From assembly GCA_963756875.1 (NCBI GenBank), contig CAVWPA010000003.1:1568001-1632000 (forward strand): a stretch of 64,000 nt of DNA. The letters are read 5' to 3'. This document shows, piece after piece, positions 55,918 to 64,000 of this stretch (positions within the stretch are counted from its first letter, which is position 1; every line of letters begins with the position of its first letter). Source of the stretch: an uncultured Verrucomicrobiae bacterium (GTDB lineage: Bacteria; Verrucomicrobiota; Verrucomicrobiia; Chthoniobacterales; UBA10450). Under the pieces are notes generated by a model that searched no databases, had not been told where the DNA came from, and saw nothing but the letters and a program-made list of their open reading frames with translations. Position numbers and translations under genes: made by a program.

Positions 55918-58026
55918 ATGTCTGAAGCCAGGGCGAAGATTCGGCGCAGAAAATCCATCGCGACTCTCGGCGGCGCGCTGCTGCTGGTTGCCCTCCTCGC
56001 GGCCTACTCAAACCACTTTTACAACGGCTTCCATTTCGACGACGCGCATACGATCGAGAACAACGCCGCGATTCGCGATCTGCGGAACATTCCGCTCTTC
56101 TTCCGCGACGCGACGACCTTTAGTTCGCTCCCGAGCAATCAATCGTATCGGCCACTTGTCTCCACGCTGCTGGCAATCGATTACTCGTTAGGTGCCAGTC
56201 CGGCTCGGACCAGCGGATTGCATCCGTTCTGGTTTCACTTTTCGATCTTCGCCCTCTTCGTCGTGCTCGTGCTCATGCTCGCGTTTGTCATCGAACGGTT
56301 TTTGGAAAACAAGACAAGTTCTGGAAACGATGAAGACGGAAAGCAAGTTCGCGCCGGCGGGACGCCGGCGCCAGACGCCCGGGACCCGCACACGGGCGGG
56401 CAGGCTGGGCGTGCTACCCGGAATTGGATGATCGCGCTCGCGGCGGCAGCGTGGTACGGATTGCATCCGGCAAACGCCGACACGATTAATTACATCATCG
56501 CGTCGTCGGAGGTCATCTCGACACTCGGCGTCGCCGCCTCGTTTGCCATGTACCTCGGATTCCCGCAGCTGCGCCGGTACTATATATATATACTGCCGGC
56601 GGCGGTCACAGTCCTGGCCAAGCCAGTTGCGGCGATTTTTCCGGTGTTGTTCGCTGCGTATTGCTTCTTATTCCCGCCTGGGGATGCGCGCCTGAGAGAG
56701 GCGGGTTGTAGCCACGGCCCTGCGGGCCGTCGACGCCTCACAGAGGCGTGGCTACAGGGGCGCCTCATCGAGATCATCCCGTCGTTCGTAATCTGCGCGG
56801 CAACGCTGCTGTTCGTTCAGCACATGACGCCGCGCACGTGGGTCGCCGGCGCCGCCGACGCCCGCAATTACCTGATCACGCAGCCCTATGTCGCGTTGCT
56901 CTATTTTAAGACCTTCTTCTGGCCGAGTAGCCTCTCCGCCGATTACGACCTCAACGCCTTTACGACCACGGACGATTCGCGCTTCTGGTTAGGCTTCGCT
57001 TTTGTAATTCTCTTTCTCGCCACTGCAATCATGGCAGTTCGCTTTAGGAAAACGCGCCTGATCGGGTTCGGTTTGCTTTGGTTTCTCATCGCGCTTTTGC
57101 CGACGTCACTCTTCCCACTGGCTGAAGTAATGAACGATCATCGCACATTTCTCCCCTACATCGGTCTCGTTATCGCCATGGCCGGCGCAGCTTCGTTGCT
57201 GGTGAATCGCCGGGTCGCATACAGTCTACCGGCAAAGATCGCGGCGGTCTGCGTGATCGTGCTGTTCCTATCGGTCAACGGCTACGCGACGTTTCAACGG
57301 AACGAGGTTTGGAAAACCGAGGGAACGCTCTGGCACGATGTTACGCTGAAGAGTCCGCGCAACGGCCGCGGCCTGATGAACTATGGCAACACGCTCATGG
57401 CAAAGGGCGATTTCGCGGGCGCGCTCGATTATTTTCATCGGGCACAAAAGCTCACCCCGCAGTATTCCGTGCTGTTGATCAATCTCGCTGTTGCGGAAGA
57501 CGCGACAAACCAGGACGCGCTTGCGGAGAAGGACTTCAAGGAAGCGCTTCGGCTGGATCCGGGAAATCCCGACAGCTACATTTATTATGCGCGTCATTTG
57601 ATCTCGCGTTCGCGTATTTCAGAGGCGCGCGCTCTTCTGCGCAAGGCATTGGAGCTCAGCCCGGCGGACCTCACCGCGCGCGAACTCTTCGCGCAGACGA
57701 ATGGTCTCGTAGCTGGCAAACCAGTGGCAGCAGAAACTCCGGAAGCCTATCTCGAACGCAGCCTCCAGCTTTATAACGAGGGACGTTTCGCCGAGTCGAT
57801 CGACGCCTGCCGGAAAGCGCTTGCGCTCCGGCCAGGCTACGCAGAAGCATGGAATAACATTGGCGCCGCTTATAATAAACTCCGCCGCTATAAAGAAGGG
57901 GCTGCCGCGTGTGAACAGGCCCTTCGTTTGAAGCCGGACTTCGACCTGGCGCGAAACAACCTGCAGTATGCGCGCCAGAGAATGAAGGAATCGTTGCCGC
58001 CCGCGAATGACCCGCCTTCGCCTTGA
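55918..58026 (+). CDS. TMTC-like integral-membrane GT-C glycosyltransferase with C-terminal TPRs
   Basis: FHFDD and SYRPL motifs in the first loop, many transmembrane helices, LSADY, EVMNDHRTFLP, RNEVWK and TPRs. Confidence 0.8.
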   Translation: MSEARAKIRRRKSIATLGGALLLVALLAAYSNHFYNGFHFDDAHTIENNAAIRDLRNIPLFFRDATTFSSLPSNQSYRPLVSTLLAIDYSLGASPARTSGLHPFWFHFSIFALFVVLVLMLAFVIERFLENKTSSGNDEDGKQVRAGGTPAPDARDPHTGGQAGRATRNWMIALAAAAWYGLHPANADTINYIIASSEVISTLGVAASFAMYLGFPQLRRYYIYILPAAVTVLAKPVAAIFPVLFAAYCFLFPPGDARLREAGCSHGPAGRRRLTEAWLQGRLIEIIPSFVICAATLLFVQHMTPRTWVAGAADARNYLITQPYVALLYFKTFFWPSSLSADYDLNAFTTTDDSRFWLGFAFVILFLATAIMAVRFRKTRLIGFGLLWFLIALLPTSLFPLAEVMNDHRTFLPYIGLVIAMAGAASLLVNRRVAYSLPAKIAAVCVIVLFLSVNGYATFQRNEVWKTEGTLWHDVTLKSPRNGRGLMNYGNTLMAKGDFAGALDYFHRAQKLTPQYSVLLINLAVAEDATNQDALAEKDFKEALRLDPGNPDSYIYYARHLISRSRISEARALLRKALELSPADLTARELFAQTNGLVAGKPVAAETPEAYLERSLQLYNEGRFAESIDACRKALALRPGYAEAWNNIGAAYNKLRRYKEGAAACEQALRLKPDFDLARNNLQYARQRMKESLPPANDPPSP

Positions 58027-58203
58027 CTGCGGCGTGGCAAGCGCGAATTAACGCGAATGGCTTCGAAATCTACCGAATGCGGAAATGTGTCTGTGCTTCG
58101 TTCGAAGATCGGTGTTTCTGCGTCAGGAACTGGTAGGCTCTAAGAGGAAGATTACGAAGAAGAAGAATATGATGAAGATGAGCAGGACTCCCGCGGCCGC
58201 AGC

Positions 58204-58365
58204 TTGGGGAGCGCACGCGCCTCGCGTGCCGCCTTTGGCGCCCTCGCCAAAGGCCCACAACAATGGATCTCCCCAAACGGGGTTCCTTCTTATCCCTCGT
58301 TCGAGCATAATGGGTCTTTCCGGCGAGGCGCCGGAAAGTGCACGCGAGGCGCGTGCGCTCCCCAA
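58204..58365. repeat. Long REP doublet (RAYT3 family, GGGGAGCGCACGCGCCTCGCGTGC)
   Basis: Inverted 25-bp arms plus inner secondary hairpins; related copies at 59393-59549, 62443-62590 and 63623-63671. Confidence 0.9.
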
Positions 58366-58527
58366 TCGGGACGCGTCAACCCCGAAGGCCTCCGGGGCCG
58401 TCCTCCGGCAGGCAGGCTTTTCAACCTTGTAACGATTCAACCGTTCAGCGCCCACCGCCCACCGTGCGCTCTCGCCCTACAGAAAGATTTTGCTGGCGCT
58501 TGCAGGATTTCGGTTGTGAATTGGGGC

Positions 58528-59094
58528 ATGGTTAAGAGCGGGCTTCTGGCGGTTGTCGGGTCTCTCGGGTTTTGCCTGCCCCTTGCAGCGCAACAAACAG
58601 GTTCGTTGGCCCAGACGGAAAACGTTTCGTTGTATCTGTCTCAGCCGGCAATTTTCAAGACTGTGGACAGTTCAACACTGGTTCATGGCCTGCCAATGCT
58701 GAGTCTTCTGGACGGGCGCTGGTTACCCATTTCGACCGCAATGGGCCGGATGGGAATGGCGCAACTCGATGTTTTTCCGAATGCGTCCCTGCCGGTGGCT
58801 CCGAAGGCCAAAAAGACAAGCGCCTACGCAAGAAATCGGACAGACGGAAAGGATTTCGGAACGGATGGAGCGGATGGAAAGGATGCGCTCGGCGCGATCA
58901 CCTCTTCTTCGCGATCGAATCCGCTCTATTACAGCGGTGAAATTGGCTTCCTTTACGGCCACTCGACCGGCAAGTACGGCGGCGACGTCAAGCAAGGCTA
59001 TTTCATTGGTGAGGTCGGCGATGACAATGTTCAGATCACGGTTGGCGGGTCGTACGAGGACTCGAACTTCCAGTTTCCTCGGCGACGACGCTGA
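58528..59094 (+). CDS. Secreted hypothetical protein
   Basis: Signal peptide (..LPLAA|QQ); beta-strand-like C-terminal half. Confidence 0.7.
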   Translation: MVKSGLLAVVGSLGFCLPLAAQQTGSLAQTENVSLYLSQPAIFKTVDSSTLVHGLPMLSLLDGRWLPISTAMGRMGMAQLDVFPNASLPVAPKAKKTSAYARNRTDGKDFGTDGADGKDALGAITSSSRSNPLYYSGEIGFLYGHSTGKYGGDVKQGYFIGEVGDDNVQITVGGSYEDSNFQFPRRRR

Positions 59095-59158
59095 TGATTT
59101 GCCTTTCAGGCACGTTAAAAGGGTTAAAAGGGTTACATCGTTAAAGCGTGGAGTCTTG

Positions 59159-59371
59159 ATGGCGAATGACACCAGGGCGGCGTTGGATCGAGTGGATTTG
59201 ACGGCCCAGAGTATCGTCGGGCATCCCGGTGAAACCGTAACGCGGGAAGAGGGTTCACCGAATGTCGTCTGTCCGGTGTGCGGGGCGGTGACGGTGCAGG
59301 AGAAGTGCAAGATCGTTTGCCGGAGCGACAAGTGTCGCGGACGCGTGGTGATGAACTGTTCGGAATTCTGA
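59159..59371 (+). CDS. Small Cys-rich zinc-ribbon-like protein
   Basis: CPVCG..EKCKIVC..KC..NCSEF; GGAG upstream. Confidence 0.7.
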   Translation: MANDTRAALDRVDLTAQSIVGHPGETVTREEGSPNVVCPVCGAVTVQEKCKIVCRSDKCRGRVVMNCSEF

Positions 59372-59392
59372 TGTCTTTCTGACGCGGGCATC

Positions 59393-59549
59393 TGGGGAGC
59401 GCACAGCTTGCCCGCCCGTGTGCGGGCGGCTCGCGTGCAATGCCAGTCCGGCTCGGACTTGCGGCGCCCTCGCCGCAATACTCCCCTATGAAAAAAGTTC
59501 GCGATGGCGGGGGCGCCATCGCCAGCACGCGAGGCGCGCGCGCTCCCCG
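59393..59549. repeat. RAYT3-family REP doublet with two nested mini-elements
   Basis: Left arm interrupted by cagcttgcccgcccgtgtgcggg and followed by tgccagtccggctcggac. Confidence 0.85.
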
Positions 59550-59731
59550 AACGGATCGTGCGAGGCATGACGCCGACTTCCCATGGAAAACGCGTATCCC
59601 GCGCCCCAGAGGTCGGCGGCTACAGGAAGAAAAAATTTCAGCGTTTCCGCTGGAGTTTAGCCGGAGATTTATGGAATCCTTGCAACCGGCAGGTTTCACG
59701 GGTGATCCGTTGCAAGATTGATATTTGATTT

Positions 59732-60304
59732 ATGAAAGCAGGTTTCCGCTTTGTTTTATTTATCACGTTCCTGGTGCCGTCGGTCGCGCTTTCGCAAGGG
59801 CGCGCCAGCGAGTTTCAGATTACCAAGATCACGAAAAACCTGATTTCGACGCCGCAATATACGTACTCAGGGGCGGAGCAGTTTCAGGCCAACCAGCGCG
59901 ATCGTTGGCTGGAAGTGGAGGTGGAATTTGCGGCGGCGCCGGAATGGACCGACGAATTGACGTTTAAGTATTACATTCTGTTCAACGGCACTCTGCTGAC
60001 CGGCGAAGTGACCCATACCAACATCGCCGCCGGCCGCAACGATCGTTCGGTGATGTACGTTTCGCCGCGAACGCTGGCCCGCTTCAGTAACAATCACGCC
60101 ATCACGGCAAACATGTTTCAAAACGTCGCCGTGCAGATTGTGCAGCAGGGCGCGGTGAAGGACGAACTCAGCCTGGCGCGCGCGCCCGCGCAATGGTTTA
60201 CGACTATTGCGCAGGTCTCGGGATTCGTGCTTAACAAGAACGAAACGCCGTTTGCCCCGCTTTACTGGGACCGGTACGAGCAAATCAAAACGCCCGCGCG
60301 TTAG
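59732..60304 (+). CDS. Secreted pilus-cluster protein, Amuc_1102-like
   Basis: Signal peptide; WLEVEVEF and LNKNETPFAPLYWDRYE motifs; lies upstream of pilM. Confidence 0.65.
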   Translation: MKAGFRFVLFITFLVPSVALSQGRASEFQITKITKNLISTPQYTYSGAEQFQANQRDRWLEVEVEFAAAPEWTDELTFKYYILFNGTLLTGEVTHTNIAAGRNDRSVMYVSPRTLARFSNNHAITANMFQNVAVQIVQQGAVKDELSLARAPAQWFTTIAQVSGFVLNKNETPFAPLYWDRYEQIKTPAR

Positions 60305-60311
60305 CGCGAAG

Positions 60312-60446
60312 GTCCAAATTCCAACATCCAAGCTCCAAAGAATCTCCAAAGTGCCAATGACCAATAAAGGCCTGGTGGCTTTGTGCCAATTTGAAGCTTG
60401 GAGCTCGGAGCTTCATTGGATGTTGGGGCTTGGAGCTTGGAGCTTC
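60312..60446. repeat. Inverted pair of 7-mer tandem arrays
   Basis: ccaaattccaacatccaagctccaa ... ttggggcttggagcttggagctt. Confidence 0.82.
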
Positions 60447-60504
60447 TAGCCATGGCTGCGCCAACCCGCATCATTTCTCTTAACCTCGGCTCGCAAACGC
60501 GAGT

Positions 60505-60566
60505 TGTAGTGGCAGGCGTGCCGCCTGCAAAACTTGCGGAACGCAGCCGGCACGGCTGCCTCTACA
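60505..60566. repeat. GTAG-type REP doublet between duplicated pilM starts
   Basis: tgtagtggcaggcgtgccgcctgc ... gcagccggcacggctgcctctaca. Confidence 0.88.
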
Positions 60567-60589
60567 GTTTAATCGCGCAATTCTAGTTC

Positions 60590-62350
60590 ATGGCGACGCC
60601 AACCCGCATTATTTCTCTTAACCTCGGCTCGCAGACGCTGGGCATGGCGGAGTTTCGCGCGCAGTCTCATGGCGGCCTCGTTTTGCAGGCCTGCGTTCTG
60701 CGCGAACTGCTGATCGATCCCGCGGGTGAGGGGATGCGGCGTTCGCAGATTGCCCCGGCTGTGCGGGAGATGATGGACGAACTGCAAATCAAAAGCGGCA
60801 ACGTCAATTACGCCGTCGCCGGACAATCGGTCTTTGCACGCTTCGTCAAACTTCCCGCGGTGGAAGAGGAAAAGATCGAGAAGATCATCGCGTTTGAGGC
60901 GCAGCAGAATGTTCCCTTTCCCATCAACGAAGTCGTTTGGGACTATCAACTGGTCGGCGGCGGCACGGACGAGCAAATCCAGGTCGTGCTGGTGGCGATC
61001 AAGGCCGACTTGCTCGATGAGATCAACGGCGCGGTTGAAGACGCCGGATTGCGCACGTCGATTGTCGATGTCGCGACGATGGCTTTGTACAACGCGTTTC
61101 GTTACAACTACAGCGACCTGACCGGCTGCTCGTTGCTCGTCGATATCGGAGCGCGCACGACCAACCTGTTGTTTGTCGAGCCGGGAAAGATCTTCTCCCG
61201 AAGCGTGCCGATTGGCGGAAGCTCAATTACCTCGGCCATTGCCAGGGAATTCGACGAGCCATTCGCGGCCGCGGAATCCCGGAAAAAGCGGGATGGGTTT
61301 GTCAGCCTTGGCGGCGCGTATGCGGAGCCGTCCAATGCCGAAGTTGCGCGCGTATCGAAAATCATGCGCAGCACAATGACGCGGCTGCACGCGGAGCTGA
61401 TGCGCTCCATCAGCCATTATCGCGCGCAACAACAGGGTCAGGCGCCCGAGCGCGTATTTCTCTGCGGTGGAAGCGCGACGACGCCTTATATGCGCGAGTT
61501 TTTCCACGAGAAATTGCAGTTGCCGATCGAATTTTTCAATTCGTTGCGCAACGTGGCTGTTGCCGAGTCGGCGCCGGTGGAGGAGATCGGACGCTCGGCC
61601 CATTTGTTCGGGGAGCTCGTTGGGCTGGCCTTGCGGCAAGTAAGCGCTTGCCCGATGGAACTCAACCTGCGTCCGGCGAGCGTAATTCGCCGGCAGGAGC
61701 TTGAAAACCGGCGGCCGTTTTTCGTCGCGGCGGCCGCCTGCGTGCTTCTCGCTTTGCTTGGCTGGGCTGGATATTACTCGCGCGCGGCAGGCGTTGTCCG
61801 GCACAACACCGACGAACTTCAGGGAAGAGTGAATGCACCGATGCGCGCCTCCGAAATCAAGATCGACAAACTGCGCAGGGAAGCAAAATCGCTGGACAGT
61901 CTTGCCACACCGTTAAACGAAGCGATCAATTCCCGCTTTTTTTGGGCGGAAATTCTGGAAGATCTGAATGCGCGTCTTCCCAAGGAGGATATCTGGATCA
62001 CCGACCTGATCCCGATGTCGGGAGGAAAACCGATCGGCGTGGACGAAAAGGCGGTCCCGCAGTTTGCGCCGAGCCCTACGCCACAACCGGCAGGCGCGCG
62101 GAGACCGGCCGCCAAAAAGGCGGGTGCGCCGGAGATTGACGGACTTTTTGTGCGCGGCCTTTATCTGTTCAATCCGAAGCAACAGGAAGTGGTGGTCGAT
62201 TATTTCCGCAATCTGGTCGGCTCGCCGTTTTTCGATCTCGATCCGAACAATCAGTCGCGTTACATCAAGCCGAGCACGCCGAACAACACCGAGTGGGCGT
62301 ACCCGTATGAGCTGCGTTTGGATCTGAAAAAGCCAATCCCGTTGCCATGA
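60590..62350 (+). CDS. pilM: Type IV pilus assembly protein PilM fused to a PilN-like membrane/periplasmic region (Amuc_1101-like)
   Basis: Actin-like motifs VDIGARTT, PIGGSSIT and FLCGGS; EAQQNVPFP; ELNLRP followed by a transmembrane helix and coiled coil. Confidence 0.85.
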   Translation: MATPTRIISLNLGSQTLGMAEFRAQSHGGLVLQACVLRELLIDPAGEGMRRSQIAPAVREMMDELQIKSGNVNYAVAGQSVFARFVKLPAVEEEKIEKIIAFEAQQNVPFPINEVVWDYQLVGGGTDEQIQVVLVAIKADLLDEINGAVEDAGLRTSIVDVATMALYNAFRYNYSDLTGCSLLVDIGARTTNLLFVEPGKIFSRSVPIGGSSITSAIAREFDEPFAAAESRKKRDGFVSLGGAYAEPSNAEVARVSKIMRSTMTRLHAELMRSISHYRAQQQGQAPERVFLCGGSATTPYMREFFHEKLQLPIEFFNSLRNVAVAESAPVEEIGRSAHLFGELVGLALRQVSACPMELNLRPASVIRRQELENRRPFFVAAAACVLLALLGWAGYYSRAAGVVRHNTDELQGRVNAPMRASEIKIDKLRREAKSLDSLATPLNEAINSRFFWAEILEDLNARLPKEDIWITDLIPMSGGKPIGVDEKAVPQFAPSPTPQPAGARRPAAKKAGAPEIDGLFVRGLYLFNPKQQEVVVDYFRNLVGSPFFDLDPNNQSRYIKPSTPNNTEWAYPYELRLDLKKPIPLP

Positions 62351-62442
62351 ACATTCATTTCGGTTCTCAAACCATCTCTTCCTGCGAAAAGGAAACGCTT
62401 TTCCATTCGGAGAACGATTCGAAGCGAAGCGAAGCCGCAAGT

Positions 62443-62590
62443 TCGGGGAGCGCACGCGCCTCGCGTGCTGTTTCCGGCGCCTCGCCGGAAACTTCAACGC
62501 AGCCGGTATACCCGGATCAAAGCAAAGTAACTCTACAATGGTATTCGCCGAGGGCGGCGAATACAGCACGCGAGGCGCGTGCGCTCCCCA
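62443..62590. repeat. RAYT3-family REP doublet within the pilus cluster
   Basis: ggggagcgcacgcgcctcgcgtgc ... gcacgcgaggcgcgtgcgctcccc. Confidence 0.9.
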
Positions 62591-62594
62591 ACCC

Positions 62595-63563
62595 ATGAAC
62601 TGGTTCCGTGAAAATCGCTGGCTTGGCACGTTTCTGATCGTGTTCGCGATCTGCACGCTGATCGCGATTTATTTTCTTTTCAGTTCCAAGAGTGCTTTTG
62701 AAGAGGCGTCCGCGCGCTTCAACGATGCGGCGGCGGAGCGGACCCGGCTGGAACATCTTAATCCATTTCCCAACGAGGCGAATTTTCGGCAGATGAAAAA
62801 GCACATCGAAAATTACGGGTTGGCGCTGAAGAAACTGAAGGAAGAGTTAAAAACGCAGGTGCTTCCGGTAACGCCGATGGCGCCGAACGAATTCCAATCG
62901 CATTTGCGCCAGGCAATGGCGTCGACGGCGGACAAGGCGCGCGCCAACCGGGTAAAGCTGCCGGAAAATTTTCAGCTTGGCTTCGATGAATTCACCACGG
63001 CCTTGCCCAATACAGCCGCGGCGCCGTCGCTCGGACAGGAGCTCGCTCAAATTGAAGTGCTCATGAATATCCTGATCGATGCACGAGTGGATGCGCTGAC
63101 TGCGTTCAAGCGGATGCCGTTGCCGGAAGAGAAGAATGCCGCGGCGGCGACGCCAACGCCCATTCCGCGCCGGAGAACTGCAGCTTCGGCGCCGATCGGG
63201 CCGAAGATGCTTGAGCAGGCAGTTGTCGATCTTACGTTTACGTCATCGCCTTCGGCGGCCAGGAAAGTTTTGAATCTGATCGCAAGCTCGAACCAGCAAT
63301 TCTACATCGTCCGTTTGTTGCACGTTCACAACGAGCAGGAAAAAGGACCACCGCGCGAGCAACCGGGCGCGGGGGGAGGAAGCAACGGCGCCGCCGAGAC
63401 CCGTTCGACAGACTCAGGGCAGGCTAATTCGGCCTCTACAGGGCCCGCAACCGGAACAGTTGCCGGGCCGAAGCCGACACCGAGCGCCGCCATCAAATTT
63501 ATCGTGGGCAACGAGCACATCGACGTGTCGGCAAGGATTGAGATTGCGGGGTTCGATTTTTGA
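62595..63563 (+). CDS. Amuc_1100-like / PilO-like pilus-associated membrane protein
   Basis: MNWFRENRWL N-terminus, transmembrane helix, LPENFQLGFDEF and FIVGNEHI motifs; follows pilM. Confidence 0.7.
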   Translation: MNWFRENRWLGTFLIVFAICTLIAIYFLFSSKSAFEEASARFNDAAAERTRLEHLNPFPNEANFRQMKKHIENYGLALKKLKEELKTQVLPVTPMAPNEFQSHLRQAMASTADKARANRVKLPENFQLGFDEFTTALPNTAAAPSLGQELAQIEVLMNILIDARVDALTAFKRMPLPEEKNAAAATPTPIPRRRTAASAPIGPKMLEQAVVDLTFTSSPSAARKVLNLIASSNQQFYIVRLLHVHNEQEKGPPREQPGAGGGSNGAAETRSTDSGQANSASTGPATGTVAGPKPTPSAAIKFIVGNEHIDVSARIEIAGFDF

Positions 63564-63565
63564 GA

Positions 63566-64000
63566 ATGAAATTGGATGACAACGAACAGGCCTTGCGTGT
63601 CGGCAATGCGTGCGCCGCCGGATCGGGGAGCGCACGCGCCTCGCGTGCTCTTTCCGGCGCCTCGCCGGAAAGTTCCTGCGAAATTCATTATTCCAAGCGA
63701 AGACTTCCGCATTTTGAGCGGCCGTGGGCGAAGTATGCTGTCTGTTTTGCTACGTATCTCCGATCTCGGCTTTCAGTCGCAGAACGAGATCTTGTTTTGC
63801 AAAGCATTCTATACGGCTATCGGACAAATCAATACGAGCTGTATGCGGCATGTGTGATGCCCGATCATGTTCACCTGCTCTTTGAGCCACAAATAAAAAT
63901 GGAAGGCGAAAGTGGGCAGACTATTTTTTGGTCCTTAACCGAAATTCTGAAGGGTATCAAGTCCACGACCGCGCATCGGATCAACAAGGCCGCTGGGAAA
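63566..64000 (+). mobile_element. REP-associated tyrosine transposase (RAYT-like) #3, truncated by the window end
   Basis: Manual translation (absent from the ORF track): MKLDD...YSKRRLPHFERPWAKYAVCFAT...CVMPDHVHLLFEP...ILKGIKSTTAHRIN. Confidence 0.88.

Noticed and set aside
58070..58535. Several short overlapping ORFs (also 59440-59728 and 62347-62598)
   Set aside because: They are translations of REP palindromes (GSARASRA / TRGACAP peptides).

Overview
GC-rich bacterial chromosomal segment of mostly housekeeping and envelope genes, including dnaX (partial), purL-purF-purM, tal, trmL, ilvE, mcsA-mcsB-clpC, xerC, mlaEFD-like genes, trpS, tRNA-Val and an Akkermansia Amuc_1100-type pilus cluster. 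Gene content suggests Verrucomicrobiota, probably a soil Spartobacteria/Chthoniobacterales-like organism (inference). No CRISPR array, prophage or rRNA was seen. Main observations: (1) A dense palindromic-repeat system. Three different HUH/Y1 REP-associated tyrosine transposases (RAYT-like) each sit next to their own REP family, and further REP families, 7-mer/9-mer inverted arrays and mini-elements nested inside other REPs are present. These repeats lie in frame inside coding sequences: four in purL, three in a TMTC-like glycosyltransferase and one in each of two RAYT genes. (2) A co-oriented locus encoding a UDP-glucuronate decarboxylase, an outer-membrane barrel, three secreted Gly-X-Thr collagen-like fibre proteins and a TMTC-like GT-C/TPR protein, which could be a glycosylated surface-fibre system. 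(3) A candidate 165-nt structured RNA and a REP-associated duplication of the pilM 5' end. Single-base +1 frameshifts in purL, purF and a TPR gene are most likely sequencing errors.
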